A stretch of 64,000 nt of DNA from an uncultured Gemmatimonadales bacterium (GCA_963844035.1 CAWJMT010000009.1:81798-145797); one strand, 5' to 3'; positions 41,468-52,451 are shown, numbered from the stretch's first letter. Translations and numbers: made by a program. Notes: generated by a model from the letters alone, not told the origin.

Positions 41468-41848
41468 GTGAAGTCACGCAGCGGCTTTACCCTGATCGAG
41501 GTGCTGGTGGTGGCGGTGATCATCGGGCTGCTGGCGGCCATCGCCATCCCGAAGTTCACCAACACCAAAGAAAAAGCGTACGTCGCCGCAATGAAAACCG
41601 ACCTGCGCAACCTCGCCACCGCCGAGGAGGCCTTCTTCTATGACAGCGCGAAGTACAGCGTGAGCTTCGTGCAGATGAACGGCTACGTGCCGACCATCGG
41701 GGTGTCCGTCACCGTCAATGAGGCAACGACCAAAGGCTGGTCGGCGACCGCCATCAGCGTCAACACGCCGCGGCGCTGCTACGTCTTTTCCGGCACGGCC
41801 GTGCCGATCGGAACCGCAACCCTCGAGGGCAATATTTCCTGCTCGTAG
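41468..41848 (+). CDS. Type IV pilin (prepilin N-terminal methylation motif)
   Basis: KSRSG/FTLIEVLVVAVIIGLLAAIAIPKF; C-terminal cysteine pair; GGAGG upstream. Confidence 0.92.
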   Translation: MKSRSGFTLIEVLVVAVIIGLLAAIAIPKFTNTKEKAYVAAMKTDLRNLATAEEAFFYDSAKYSVSFVQMNGYVPTIGVSVTVNEATTKGWSATAISVNTPRRCYVFSGTAVPIGTATLEGNISCS

Positions 41849-41886
41849 ACCGGCCCTACCGTGAATTCACACGCCGCCGCGAGGGG

Positions 41887-42114
41887 ATGTGTTTCGCCCT
41901 CGACGGCGGCGTGTGGCTTCACCGCCATCGGATCAACGACGAACCGATGGTGCACCTGGTGAGCGCCGACAGCGAGCGCCTCCTCGCGTTGGCACCCACG
42001 CTGGGCCTCCGTCCCGAATGGCTGCAATACAAACCGCTGAAGGATCCCCGGACAGGAGTGCGGGTTCCGGCCTGGCACTGGGATGTGTGGGGGAGCCGCC
42101 TGAACCAGCTGTGA
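41887..42114 (+). CDS. Small hypothetical protein, DUF4031-like (start may be upstream)
   Basis: HLVSAD..L....LGLRPEWLQ..HWD pattern reminiscent of DUF4031. Confidence 0.5.
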   Translation: MCFALDGGVWLHRHRINDEPMVHLVSADSERLLALAPTLGLRPEWLQYKPLKDPRTGVRVPAWHWDVWGSRLNQL

Positions 42115-42133
42115 AGGAGGGCGTGGGCGCCCG

Positions 42134-44411
42134 CTAAGCGTCCGGATCCCGTTCGATCTTCGGCGCACGCACCCCCGGCCACCAGTTCCACCGTCCCGCG
42201 ATGTGCATGATCGCGGGGACCAGGACCATCCGGATCAAGGTCGCGTCGAGCAGCACGGCCGCGGCCAGGCCGAACCCGATCAGCTGGACCGCGAGCACGC
42301 GCGCGAAGGCGAACGTGCCGAACACCAGGATCATGATGAGGGCGGCGCTGGTAATCGTGGACGCGGTGGCCGAGAGGCCTTCCATCGTGGCGTGATCGTT
42401 GCGCCCGGTCTTGTCGAAGACTTCCTTGATCCGCGTCAGAAGGAACACCTCGTAGTCCATCGACAGCCCGAACACGGTCGCGAACACCAGCACCGGCACG
42501 ACCCCCCAAATCGCTTCCGTCGGGCCCTCGAGCCCGAACAGCCGGCCGCCGTAGCCGTGCTGAAACACGAGAACGGTCAGGCCAAACGCCGCGCCGACGG
42601 AAAGGCAGTTGAGCAGCACGGCCTTGAGCGGCACGAGCAGCGAGCGGAACGCCACGAACAGCATGATGGCGGTGATGCTGAGAATGAAGCCGACGGTGAC
42701 CCGGCAAGCGCCGCAGCAGCTCGATCTGCGCGTCGAGACTTGCCGCCGCAAAGCCGCCGACCAGCATTTCGGCGCCGCCCAGCCCGCGGACGCCGTGCCC
42801 GGCAATGGCGCGGACGCGCTTCGCGATCTCCATCATGCCGGTGAGCGAAACGGTATCGCCCGGGATGATGTCGATGAGTGTGGTGCGGCTGTCGGCGCTC
42901 AGGTACGCGTCGAAGAACTTGCGGTTCCGCGCCCGCGCCGCGGGCGCGTCGCTGTAGTAGATCGCCAGCTGCAGGGTGGATAGATCCGGATGCAGGCTCG
43001 CGACCCCGCGGACTTCCTTTACGCGCGGGCTCTTCGCGAGGGAATCGGTCAGGACCTTGAGCCCCGCGACCCGGCGCGCCGCCAGCGCCGACTCGCCCTC
43101 GGGGAACTGCACCACGAGGCGGATGGGGTAGATCACGCCGCTCGCACCCATGGCCTTAAGGGCGGCGAGCCCCTGTCCCGACTCAGATTGCGGCGGGAAC
43201 CAGTTGGTCGCCGGCAAGCCCAGGCGCAGCTGCGTCAGCGGCGCGGTGAGAAGGGCGATCCCGGTGCTGCCGAGCGCGACCGCGCGCCACGGCCGGTGGC
43301 CGAGCCACCGCGCCCACCGCTCCCAGCCTGTGGGCGCGTGAAACCGCGCGAGCGGCCGTGCGAGCCGCCGGGGACGGTCGATGTTCCGGCCCAGGATCGC
43401 CAGCACCGCCGGGAGGAACGTCGTGGAGAGCAGCACCGCCACGGCGACCACCAGCAGCCCGCCCGTCCCTACCGAGCGGGTGTCGGTCATCGACGTCGTG
43501 ATCACCAAGCCGAGGAATCCGACGAGCACCGTGAGTCCCGAGGTGATGACCGCGGAGCCGGCCGTCTCGATCGTGCGCACCGCCGCGTCCGTGGGAATGA
43601 GCCCGCGGTTCAGCTCTTCGCGAAACCGCGTGACGATGAACAGCGAATAGTCGATGCCCACACCCAGTCCGACCATCGTCGTGATGTTGAGCACGAACAC
43701 CGACATGGGCTGGAAACGGGCCGCGATCGTCACGAGGCCGAGCGCGATCGTGATCGCCAGAAACCCCACGACCACCGGCAGCATCGCCGCCACGAGTGCC
43801 CCAAACGCCACCACCAGGACCACCAGCGTCAGCGGCAAGATCCGCCATTCGCTCCGCTCGGTGTCTTCGGTGCTGATCGTCCGCACGTCGTAGTCGAGCG
43901 CCGGGTTGCCGGTGACCTTGATGTCGAAGCCCGACCCGCCTGGTACCCGGCCCACCGCCTCCCGCAGGGTGGTGCGGAACTCAGGGACGAAGTTGTTCGT
44001 GATGTCTTCCGCGTGCGCCGGCGTGAGTGCGGCGATCAGGAACGTCGTGTGCCGATCCTTGCTCACGAACGTGGACTCGCCGATGCTGCGCAGCGACACC
44101 ACCTGGCTGATGTATGGCTGGCGCTCGGCCGCCGCCGTGACCGAGTCCAGGACCGCCGCGAACCGGGGGTTCTTGAAGGGCACGGGTCCGTGCACCACGA
44201 TGGCGACGTACTCGGCGATCGGCATGGGGAAGGCATGCCGCAGGAGGTCGGATGACCGGTTCGACTCGGTGAGCGCGCTCGCACGTCCGCGGACGTCCAG
44301 GAAGCGCTGGACGTGCGCCGCGCGCGGCGCGAATACGATTGCGAGCGCCGCCCACGCCGCGATCACCCAGGCCCGCCAGCGAATCAGGGCGTTTGCGGGT
44401 AACGCGATCAC
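42134..44411 (-). CDS. MMPL/RND family transporter; apparent frameshift near 42700
   Basis: VTGNPAL, GLGVGIDYSLFIVTRFREEL, FRSLLVPLKA, FGLSMDYEVFLLTRIKE, LDATLIRMVLVPA..WNWW. Confidence 0.92.
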
Positions 44412-44501
44412 CTACTGTCCAAGCATAAGCAGGCCACAATCATAGAGACGTCACGATGGCAAAGCTAGCGGCCGGCGCACAGCATTTGACATATTGCGCG
44501 C

Positions 44502-45332
44502 GTGGTCGACCGCCGACTCTCCACAATGATTGCTGCAGTGACGGTTGTACTCGTCACTCTCGTGCTATGGAGCGTGTTCTCCCCGCGAACGCTGCCGTCA
44601 GGCCGCCGCGCCGGGAGCCGGGAAGCCTCGAGGAGGCCCGGCCTGGAGCCCGATCCCGTAGGTCGGGGAACAGTGCCCCGTGCACAGCCCCAACCATATG
44701 TCGCGCCCGTGATACCACCGGAGACCCAGTCCGACGGCCAGCTGAGCTACATCGACCAGCTCGCGCGGGCGGAGAGCCGGCGCCGGATCCGCGCGAGCGC
44801 CGGGTACACCTACCTGGACGAGGTGCTGGCCGCGAGCGGGGACTCTTCACTGCGCCGCTGGGATGACCGCAACGGACGTCCCATTCGCGTGTACGTCCCG
44901 CCCGGAACGGTCGAGCATTTCGAGCCCGATTTCCTGGATGCCGTGCGTGGCGCGTTTGATACCTGGGTGCAGGCAGGCGTCCCCCTGACGTTCAACGCGT
45001 ACGCCGATTCAGTGAGCGCGGAAATCGTGGTCCGCTGGACACTCCAGTTCAACATCGATCGCACCGGACAGACCGACCTCGTTTGGGACCAGGGGGGGCG
45101 CATCGTCTCGGGCGTGATCACCATCGCGACGCTCGACCCGAACAGCAAACCGCTCGCGACTGGAGACGTTCGGGTCGTAGCGCTCCACGAGGTCGGCCAT
45201 GTCCTCGGGCTCGACCACTCGGCCGACTCGAGTGACATCATGTTCGCGCGAGCGCGCGTCCGCGGTCTGTCCGACCGCGACATCCGCACCGTGATGTTGC
45301 TGTACCAGTTGGCGCCGGGATCGATCCGGTAG
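44502..45332 (+). CDS. Matrixin (M10-like) zinc metalloprotease, membrane-anchored
   Basis: HEVGHVLGLDHS (HExxHxxGxxH) and Met-turn DIMF; N-terminal hydrophobic segment. Confidence 0.88.
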   Translation: MVDRRLSTMIAAVTVVLVTLVLWSVFSPRTLPSGRRAGSREASRRPGLEPDPVGRGTVPRAQPQPYVAPVIPPETQSDGQLSYIDQLARAESRRRIRASAGYTYLDEVLAASGDSSLRRWDDRNGRPIRVYVPPGTVEHFEPDFLDAVRGAFDTWVQAGVPLTFNAYADSVSAEIVVRWTLQFNIDRTGQTDLVWDQGGRIVSGVITIATLDPNSKPLATGDVRVVALHEVGHVLGLDHSADSSDIMFARARVRGLSDRDIRTVMLLYQLAPGSIR

Positions 45333-45344
45333 ACCGGTGGGCGC

Positions 45345-46448
45345 ATGGCGGGCCGCGGTATCGTTTCCTTCTTGACTCACACTGCCCCCGACGGGGGCGC
45401 CGCCACGCTCGCTCAGGTGCTGGACGGGCGGACCCGCCCGGCGCAGCTCAGCGCCGCGCTTCCCGACGGGGCGGTGCGTTGCTTCGCCTGCGGGCATCGC
45501 TGTTTGGTGCGGCCGGGGCGGCGCGGCATCTGCAAGGTACGGTTCAACCGGGACGGGACGCTCTATGTTCCGGCGGGGTACGTGGCGGCGCTGCAGTGCG
45601 ATCCCACAGAGAAGAAACCGTTCTTCCATTGTCTCCCCGGCAGCAACACGCTGACGTTCGGGATGCTCGGCTGTGACTTCCACTGCGGCTATTGCCAGAA
45701 CTGGCTCACGTCGCAGGCGCTCCGGGACGACGCGGCCGGGGTCGATCCCACGGACGTCACTCCCGACGCGCTCGTGGCGCTGGCGCGCCGGCAGGGCGCG
45801 GCCATGGTCGGCTCGTCCTACAATGAGCCGCTCATCACGGCGGAATGGGCGGTGGAGGTCTTCACCGTCGCCCGGGCCCACGGGCTCAAGACGGCGTTCA
45901 TTTCCAACGGCAATGCCACGCCGGAAGTGTTGGAGTACATCCGCCCGTGGACGGACTGCTACAAGATCGATCTCAAGGCGATGGACGATCGGCGCTACCG
46001 CGAGCTGGGTGGTGTGTTGCAGCACGTGCTTGACGCCATCCGCATGGTCCACGACCAGGGGTTCTGGCTCGAAGTCGTGACGCTGGTGGTGCCGGGGTTC
46101 AACGACGACGATGCGCAGCTCGCGCGTGCGGCCGAGTACATCGCATCCGTTTCGCCCGAGATCCCCTGGCACGTCACGGCATTCCACAAGGACTACCGCA
46201 TGACCGATCCGGACGACACGCCTCCCGAGACCCTGCTGCGCGCGTGCGCGATCGGCGCCGCGGCGGGCCTCAAGTTCGTGTACGCCGGCAATCTCCCCGG
46301 ACGGGTGGGTCGATGGGAGCACACCTATTGCCCGGACTGCGGCGACACACTCATTGAGCGCCAGGGCTACGTGATCCGCCGGCAGCGGATTGGTGCGGAC
46401 GGTCGCTGCCCGGGATGCGGACGCACGATTCCGGGGGTGTGGTGCTAA
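45345..46448 (+). CDS. amrS: AmmeMemoRadiSam-system radical SAM enzyme (PflA-like)
   Basis: VRCFACGHRC..GICKVR, DPTEKKPFFH, GCDFHCGYCQNW, YNEP, IDLK, PWHVTAFH.DY, TYCPDC. Confidence 0.88.
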   Translation: MAGRGIVSFLTHTAPDGGAATLAQVLDGRTRPAQLSAALPDGAVRCFACGHRCLVRPGRRGICKVRFNRDGTLYVPAGYVAALQCDPTEKKPFFHCLPGSNTLTFGMLGCDFHCGYCQNWLTSQALRDDAAGVDPTDVTPDALVALARRQGAAMVGSSYNEPLITAEWAVEVFTVARAHGLKTAFISNGNATPEVLEYIRPWTDCYKIDLKAMDDRRYRELGGVLQHVLDAIRMVHDQGFWLEVVTLVVPGFNDDDAQLARAAEYIASVSPEIPWHVTAFHKDYRMTDPDDTPPETLLRACAIGAAAGLKFVYAGNLPGRVGRWEHTYCPDCGDTLIERQGYVIRRQRIGADGRCPGCGRTIPGVWC

Positions 46449-47599
46449 CGCTGCTGTTCGCGCTGCAGGTCGGCGCGCCGAGCGCTCCGGCTCCTCCGGC
46501 GCCCGCGCACTTCGATCGCGCGACGTTCGATCCGCTGGTGCAAATGGGCATTGAGCGGGGCGCGTTCCCTGGGGCGGCGCTGGTGGTGGGACGGCACGAC
46601 GCCCTCCTGTTCGCCAAGGGGTACGGTCATTTCACGTGGTCTCGATCCAGCCCGGTGCCCGATCCCGACAGCACGTTCTACGACCTGGCGTCCGTGACCA
46701 AGGTCGTGGCGACCACCACCGCGCTGATGATCCTCGTCGATCGGGGGCGCGTGCTGCTGGACGAGCCCGTCGCGCGTTACATCCCCGAGTTTCACGGGGC
46801 GGGCACAGCCGCCATCACGGTGCGGCGGCTCTTGACGCACACCTCCGGTCTCCGCGCCACCCTGCCCCTGTATCGCGATGCGCCGGACAGCGCGGGCGCG
46901 CTCCGCTTGGTGTTCGCGGCGACCCCCATCACGCCGCCGGGAGGGCGCGTCATCTACAGCGACCTGAACGCGATCCTGCTCGGCGAAATCGTGCGACGCG
47001 TCGCCGGCCAGCCGCTCGATGTGGTCGCGGCGCGGGAGATCTTTCAGCCCCTCGGCTTGCACGGCACGGTGTTCCGGCCCGGCCGGGCATTGTTACCGCG
47101 CATCGCACCGACCGGACTGTGGCACGGGCATGCCATCGCGGGCGTCGTGAACGACCAGAACGCCGCCCGGCTGGGCGGCGTCGCCGGCCACGCGGGACTG
47201 TTTGCCACCGCCGGCGACATCGCGCGCTTTGCGCAGTTCATGTTGCGCGAGGGGATGGCGCCCCACGGCCGGCTGGTGCGCGCCGAAACGGTGCGGGCCT
47301 TCACGACGCGCGCGACGCCGGCGCGGCCGGGAACCACACACGAGGCCCGCGCGCTTGGGTGGCAGGCGCTGCCCACGGGGGAGAAGGTGAGCAGTGCCGG
47401 CACGCTGTTCGGTCCCCGCAGCTTCGGCCACACCGGGTGGACAGGAACGTCACTCTGGATCGACCCCGACCGGGACGTGTTCGTGGTGCTGTTGACCAAT
47501 CGCGCGTATGCGCCGCGCGCCCAGCGTTCGTTCACGGTGCTTCACGAGGTGCGTGGCGCTATCGCCGACGCCGCCGCGCGCGCGTCCGATGGGCGTTGA
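46442..47599 (+). CDS. Serine hydrolase, beta-lactamase class C/AmpC-like family
   Basis: DLASVTK (SxxK), LLTHTSG, YSD, GHAGLF, GHTGWTG. Confidence 0.88.
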   Translation: MLTLLFALQVGAPSAPAPPAPAHFDRATFDPLVQMGIERGAFPGAALVVGRHDALLFAKGYGHFTWSRSSPVPDPDSTFYDLASVTKVVATTTALMILVDRGRVLLDEPVARYIPEFHGAGTAAITVRRLLTHTSGLRATLPLYRDAPDSAGALRLVFAATPITPPGGRVIYSDLNAILLGEIVRRVAGQPLDVVAAREIFQPLGLHGTVFRPGRALLPRIAPTGLWHGHAIAGVVNDQNAARLGGVAGHAGLFATAGDIARFAQFMLREGMAPHGRLVRAETVRAFTTRATPARPGTTHEARALGWQALPTGEKVSSAGTLFGPRSFGHTGWTGTSLWIDPDRDVFVVLLTNRAYAPRAQRSFTVLHEVRGAIADAAARASDGR

Positions 47600-47954
47600 A
47601 GGGGCGACGCTGATCTACGACGGTGAGTGCGGCTTCTGCCGCGAGGCGGTCGCGCTGGTCACGAGGTGGGACCGGGAGCGTCGCGTGACCCTGATTCCGT
47701 TTCAGGAGCAGGCGCGCGTGGCGGCATTTCGGATTCCGCTCCCCGCGCTGGCGGCGGCGATGCATCTCGTGTTGCCGGACGGGCGCGTCCTGGCTGGGGC
47801 CGACGCGGTGCCTGACCTGTTGCGGCTGCTGCCCGGGAAACGGTGGCTGGCGCCGTTGTTCGCCGTGCCCGGGGTGCTGCCCGTCGCGCGACGTGTGTAC
47901 AGCTGGATCGCGCGGCAACGACGTTGCCTGGTGCGTGGAGTAGCTGCCGAGTAA
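47589..47954 (+). CDS. DCC1-like (DUF393) thiol-disulfide oxidoreductase
   Basis: LIYDGECGFC, G.DA, Y.WIAR.R. Confidence 0.85.
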   Translation: MGVEGATLIYDGECGFCREAVALVTRWDRERRVTLIPFQEQARVAAFRIPLPALAAAMHLVLPDGRVLAGADAVPDLLRLLPGKRWLAPLFAVPGVLPVARRVYSWIARQRRCLVRGVAAE

Positions 47955-47977
47955 GTTCGCGTGAGAGGAGGTCCTGC

Positions 47978-48286
47978 GTGACCACAGCGGTACTGAACGA
48001 AGAGATCGCGCGCAGCGCGTTGCGCCAGGTCAAGGATCCGGAGCTCGACATGAACATTGTCGAGCTCGGGCTCGTCTACGACGTGGAGATCGAGGACGGC
48101 GCGGTGCGCGTGCGGATGACGCTCACCTCGCCGGGGTGTCCCGCGGGACCGATGATCACGAACGACGTGTACCGCGTGCTGCGGGCTCTGGACGGCGTGA
48201 AGGACGTGAATGTCGAGATCGTGTGGGAGCCATACTGGACTCCGGAGCGAATCGATCCGAAGGTGCGCGCGCTGCTGGGCCTCTAG
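47978..48286 (+). CDS. Metal-sulfur cluster assembly factor (DUF59/SufT-like)
   Basis: LRQVKDPELDMNIVELGLVY, MTLTSPGCP, VWEPYWTPE; RBS GAGGAGG. Confidence 0.9.
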   Translation: MTTAVLNEEIARSALRQVKDPELDMNIVELGLVYDVEIEDGAVRVRMTLTSPGCPAGPMITNDVYRVLRALDGVKDVNVEIVWEPYWTPERIDPKVRALLGL

Positions 48287-49404
48287 TCGAGCGTTGCGAG
48301 TAGTGCGTCGCCGAGCACACCGAGTTGCCAGCGCCGGAGCTCGCCGACCTGGGCGAGCCCGGCGCGGTCTTTTGGACGAGCGCGCGCCACGGCTTCGAGG
48401 GTGCCGCGCCCGCACAACACACCGGGATCGAGGCCGATCTCCGCTGCAACCCGGTTCCGCACCGCCTTCATCCGGTCGACCCGAGCGTCGAACGTGGGGT
48501 CCTTGCGGGTCCGAGGGGATCGCTCGATGTGGGGCAGCGCGTCCTCATCCAAAGCGAGTGCGCGCTGGACGCATGCGAGCAAGTCGGTCCCGTAGCGTGC
48601 GGCGAGCACCGGCGGAAGGTCGGGGGTCTGCGCCAGGTCGGCAGTTGTGCGGGGTAACTGGCGGCTCACGGCGAGCAGTGCGTCGTTTCCGATGATCCTG
48701 AACGTGGCCCGGTCTTGTTGCGCGCCCAGGTCCTCCCGCCAGCGGTGCAGCTCGCGTAGCGCGGCGAGCTGCCGGCCCTTCAACGTCCCGGCGCCCTTGA
48801 GCCGCAGATACCCGTCCTCGGGAGTGGCTGCCCCGGTCCAGCGGAGCGACTCGAGTGGGCCGAATTCTTCTTCGGCCCATTCCAGGCGGCCGAGCTCGCG
48901 CAGGCGGGCGCGCAGTGCCTCGCGCAACGGCGGCAGGTGACGGGTATCGTCGGCGGCGTACGCCAGCATCTCGGGAGGGAGGGGACGTTGAGACCAGTCG
49001 GCGCGTTGATGAGCCTTCGAGAGTTTCACCCCGAGGTACTTCTCGAGCAGCGCGGCCAGCCCGATCGCCGGCTCGCCCGCCAGCTGGGCGGCGATGCGCG
49101 TGTCGAACACGACCGCGGCGCGAAAGCTGTAGTCGCGGTCGAGAATGCGCAGGTCGTAATCGGCATCGTGGAAGATCTTCTCGACCCCCCGATCGGCCAA
49201 CAGCGCGCCCAAGGGGCTCAAGTCGGTCACGGCCACCGGGTCGACCACCGCGGTCTCGGTCGTCGTCGACAGTTGCACCAGATAGATGCGGTCCCGGTAC
49301 TTGTGGAAACTCGCGGCCTCTGTGTCGACCGCCACGACGGGGGCGGCTCGAAAGGCAGCGATCACTTGGCTCAGGGCCTCGTGGGTGCGTATGTAGCTAT
49401 CCAC
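48283..49404 (-). CDS. rnd: Ribonuclease D with HRDC domains
   Basis: VAVDTEA, KIFHDADYD, FDTRIAA, QRADWSQRPL, YAADDT (DEDDy). Confidence 0.92.
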   Translation of the reverse strand: MDSYIRTHEALSQVIAAFRAAPVVAVDTEAASFHKYRDRIYLVQLSTTTETAVVDPVAVTDLSPLGALLADRGVEKIFHDADYDLRILDRDYSFRAAVVFDTRIAAQLAGEPAIGLAALLEKYLGVKLSKAHQRADWSQRPLPPEMLAYAADDTRHLPPLREALRARLRELGRLEWAEEEFGPLESLRWTGAATPEDGYLRLKGAGTLKGRQLAALRELHRWREDLGAQQDRATFRIIGNDALLAVSRQLPRTTADLAQTPDLPPVLAARYGTDLLACVQRALALDEDALPHIERSPRTRKDPTFDARVDRMKAVRNRVAAEIGLDPGVLCGRGTLEAVARARPKDRAGLAQVGELRRWQLGVLGDALLATLD

Positions 49405-49478
49405 AATGATGTCGCGTCGGTGTGGAAATCCTGGCGTTTGGCGTCACGCTGTCGTGACAGTAGCGCAATGTGTCCTCT

Positions 49479-49649
49479 TCATTCTTCCTTGCCCAGACTC
49501 TCCAACCCGGCGGCGATTTCCTCGAGGGCTTTGGCCAGCGTGCGATAGAAGTCGGGGTCTGGCGGTTGCGGCGGCCCGCCCAAAGGATCGCCGGCACACT
49601 TCCGCGCGGCTCGCGCCGCGTGGCGGATGTAATCCGTGGCAACCCGCAT
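49479..49649 (-). CDS. Small hypothetical protein
   Basis: 56-aa ORF MRVATDYIRHAA..FYRTLAKALEEIAAGLE with an amphipathic helix; fills the intergenic gap. Confidence 0.35.
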   Translation of the reverse strand: MRVATDYIRHAARAARKCAGDPLGGPPQPPDPDFYRTLAKALEEIAAGLESLGKEE

Positions 49650-49678
49650 GAGTCCTCGCGCGTGAAAGGGATGGCGTC

Positions 49679-50652
49679 GTGCATCCTTCCGACCTGACCG
49701 GAAAGATACGCGCGGCCCTTGCACCGCGTAGCCTCGGCTCGTGGCCTACGCCGCTCGACCTGGCCCCCCAGCTGGGCGAGCGGAGCGGGCTCGAGGCGCT
49801 GTGGATCAAGCGGGAAGACCTCTCGTCGACCTTGTACGGCGGGAGCAAGGTGCGCGCATTGGAATTCCTCCTTACGGGCGCGCATCCCGCAACTGTGTAT
49901 GTGACGGTCGGCGGCACGGGCTCGACGCATTGCCTCGCCACCGCGGTGCACGCCGCCGCACTCTCGCAGCGAACCGTGCTGGCCCAGTTCCCTCAACCGG
50001 CGACCGATGTGACTCGCTTCATCGCGGCGGCGTGCGAGCGTGCGGCAACCCGGGTGGTGCGAACGCGCTGGCGGGGTGCGCTGCCGATCGCTGTTGGGTC
50101 GCGCGTGGCTCACGGCGCGCCGGCTCGGTCCGGCCCGGTGGATCGCCGGCGGCGGCGCGAGCCCGCGGGGGGTGATCGGGCACTTTCTCGCCGGGTTGGA
50201 GTTGGCATCCCAACTTCCCGATCCTCCCGATGGGATTGTTGTACCGCTCGGTTCAGGAGGCACGACCGCGGGGGTGGCACTCGCCGTCGCCACGCTGCGG
50301 TGGCCGACGCGGGTGATCGCGGTGCGGGTCGCGCCGGTGGTGGTGGCGAATCGGTGGCGTGTCCGCGCCCTGGCGCGCGATGGCCGCGCGACTGCTCGCG
50401 CCGCTCGGCGTAACATTGCAGCAGTCGAGTCTTCCGCTGGTGGTGATAAACGGAATCGGAGCCGGCTACGGTCATCCGAGCGCTGGCGGTGAGGCGGCGC
50501 GCGCGTTGGCAGGGGCGCACGGATTGATGCTCGAGCCGACATACGGCGCGAAGGCATTCGCGGTGCTCGACGCGGCCAAACTCGGGTTTCGACGCGTCGT
50601 GTTTTGGCATACGTTTGCCGTACCGCCTCACACTCCGGAACGCTCTGCATGA
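49679..50652 (+). CDS. PLP-dependent enzyme, D-cysteine desulfhydrase/ACC deaminase family; apparent frameshifts near 50100 and 50390
   Basis: PTPL, LWIKREDLS..YGGSKVRALEFLL, GGTGSTH, VVPLGSGGTTAG, LEPTYGAKAF, VFWHT. Confidence 0.85.
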
Positions 50653-51857
50653 CTGTACTGCCGACTGTCCAGGTCACCGTCTTTCCGAACGACTGCGACG
50701 CGTTCGGGCATCTGAATCATGCGACGGTCCTCGGACTGCTCGAGCGGGCGCGGTGGGAAAGTCTGGCGCTGGGACCGGGGATGGATCTGTTTCACCGCAA
50801 CGGCGTTGTCCCGGTCGTTCGCAAGGTGACGGTGGAGTATCGCGCGGCCGCGTATTCCAGCGACGTGCTGCGCGTCGAGTCGGCGGTGGTGCATCGGGGC
50901 ACGACCAGCTGGACCATCCGGCACACCGTGACACGCGTCGCGGACAACGTGCTGATCGCCGACGCGGACGTGGTGCTGGTCTCCCTCGACCGAACGGGGC
51001 GTCCGACACCGTTGCCGGAAGAGTTGACCCGACTGCTCGGTCCGCGCACTGGGAGCGGTCACGCCGCGCGCCCGATCGCGGTGGACGGCGGAGCGGTGGC
51101 GGTGGAAGTACGGGGAGAGGGCGCTCCGGTGTTGTTCGTCCACGGGTTTCCGTTCGATCGCACAATGTGGCGCCATCAGCTCGCCGGCCTGGCCAGATGG
51201 AAGAGGATCGCCGTCGACCTGCGGGGCGTGGGCGAGTCGAGTGCCGCGAACGGAGACTATTCCATGGCGCGGTATGCGGACGATCTGGTCGCGGTGCTCG
51301 ATGCGCTGGGCGTGGGGCAGGCCGTCGTGTGCGGACTGTCGATGGGGGGCTACATCCTGTTCGAGTTATTGCGTCGCTATCCCGACCGCGTGCGCGGCGC
51401 AGTGCTGTGTGATACCCGAGCCGAATCCGACTCAGGCGAGGCACGGCGCAACCGCGACGCGCTGATGGCACTGGCGACGGAGCACGGCCCCGAAGCGGTG
51501 GCCGAGCGGTTGCTGCCCGGGCTGCTCGCGCCAGCGACGCTGGCGGATCAACCGGAGGTGATGACGCAGTGCACGGAGATGGCTCGGCGTTATTCGGTAC
51601 CCGGAATCGTGGGAGCGCTGCGGGCGATGCGGGAGCGTCCGGACTCAACGCCGATGCTTGCGACGATCCGCGTGCCGACACTGGTCATGGTCGGGGCCGA
51701 GGACCGGCCGTCGCCGCCCGCGCTGGCGCGGGCGATGGCGGAGGCGATTCCGGGGTCGCGCTGCGCGGTGATTCCGGGAGCGGGGCACGTGGCGCCGCTC
51801 GAGCAGCCGTTGGCGACCAGCCGGGTGTTGGCGGAGTTTCTCGAGACGGTGGGGTGA
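50649..51857 (+). CDS. Fusion of a 4HBT-like hotdog acyl-CoA thioesterase and an alpha/beta hydrolase
   Basis: NDCDAFGHLNHA..LERAR (thioesterase); FVHGFP, DLRGVG, GLSMGG, GAEDR, GAGHVAPLEQP (hydrolase triad). Confidence 0.85.
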   Translation: MTVLPTVQVTVFPNDCDAFGHLNHATVLGLLERARWESLALGPGMDLFHRNGVVPVVRKVTVEYRAAAYSSDVLRVESAVVHRGTTSWTIRHTVTRVADNVLIADADVVLVSLDRTGRPTPLPEELTRLLGPRTGSGHAARPIAVDGGAVAVEVRGEGAPVLFVHGFPFDRTMWRHQLAGLARWKRIAVDLRGVGESSAANGDYSMARYADDLVAVLDALGVGQAVVCGLSMGGYILFELLRRYPDRVRGAVLCDTRAESDSGEARRNRDALMALATEHGPEAVAERLLPGLLAPATLADQPEVMTQCTEMARRYSVPGIVGALRAMRERPDSTPMLATIRVPTLVMVGAEDRPSPPALARAMAEAIPGSRCAVIPGAGHVAPLEQPLATSRVLAEFLETVG

Positions 51858-51869
51858 GGGCGAAGCGAA

Positions 51870-51895
51870 GAGGCCCCGGCGTTTGCCGGGGCCTC
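51870..51895. terminator. Probable intrinsic terminator hairpin between convergent genes
   Basis: GAGGCCCCGGC-GTTT-GCCGGGGCCTC perfect 11-bp stem; TTCGCTT follows on the minus strand. Confidence 0.7.
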
Positions 51896-51902
51896 GCGTT
51901 GC

Positions 51903-52175
51903 TCAGGAGCCTTTCCGCTGGGGCTTGCCCGGCGGCGTCTCACCCTGGAATACGTCCTTATTCTTGGCGATGAAGGACTTCCATTCCGGAGGGGTGTCTT
52001 CCTCCGGGAAGATGGCCGTGACAGGGCACTCGGGCTCGCACGCACCGCAGTCGATGCACTCGTCGGGGTGGATGTAGAGCTGGTCCTCTCCCTCGTAAAT
52101 GCAGTCCACCGGGCAGACATCCACGCACGAACGGTCCTTCAAGCCAATGCATGGCTCGGCAATGATATACGGCAT
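51903..52175 (-). CDS. Dicluster (7Fe-type) ferredoxin
   Basis: [34 protein letters not shown]. Confidence 0.93.
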   Translation of the reverse strand: MPYIIAEPCIGLKDRSCVDVCPVDCIYEGEDQLYIHPDECIDCGACEPECPVTAIFPEEDTPPEWKSFIAKNKDVFQGETPPGKPQRKGS

Positions 52176-52451
52176 CTCGGCTCCGTTAGATCGTGCTGGA
52201 AAACCTGGTGGCTCGAACGGCGAAACATAGATTCGCTCGCACCAAGGTCAAGGCCCGGGCGCGCAAAATGCGCGCGCAGCCTCTACATCCATCGCAATGC
52301 CCACGCATTCCTAGAGCGTTGTCATTCGGCTGGCCACTCGCGTTGCCGGTCGAAGTTGATCCCGGCCACGATTGCTTGCGTGTGGCCTCGGCACGCCTCG
52401 AGCCGAGACGTTAGGAAGCGTCGCATGGTGGCGTCGGCGAAACTTGGCTGC

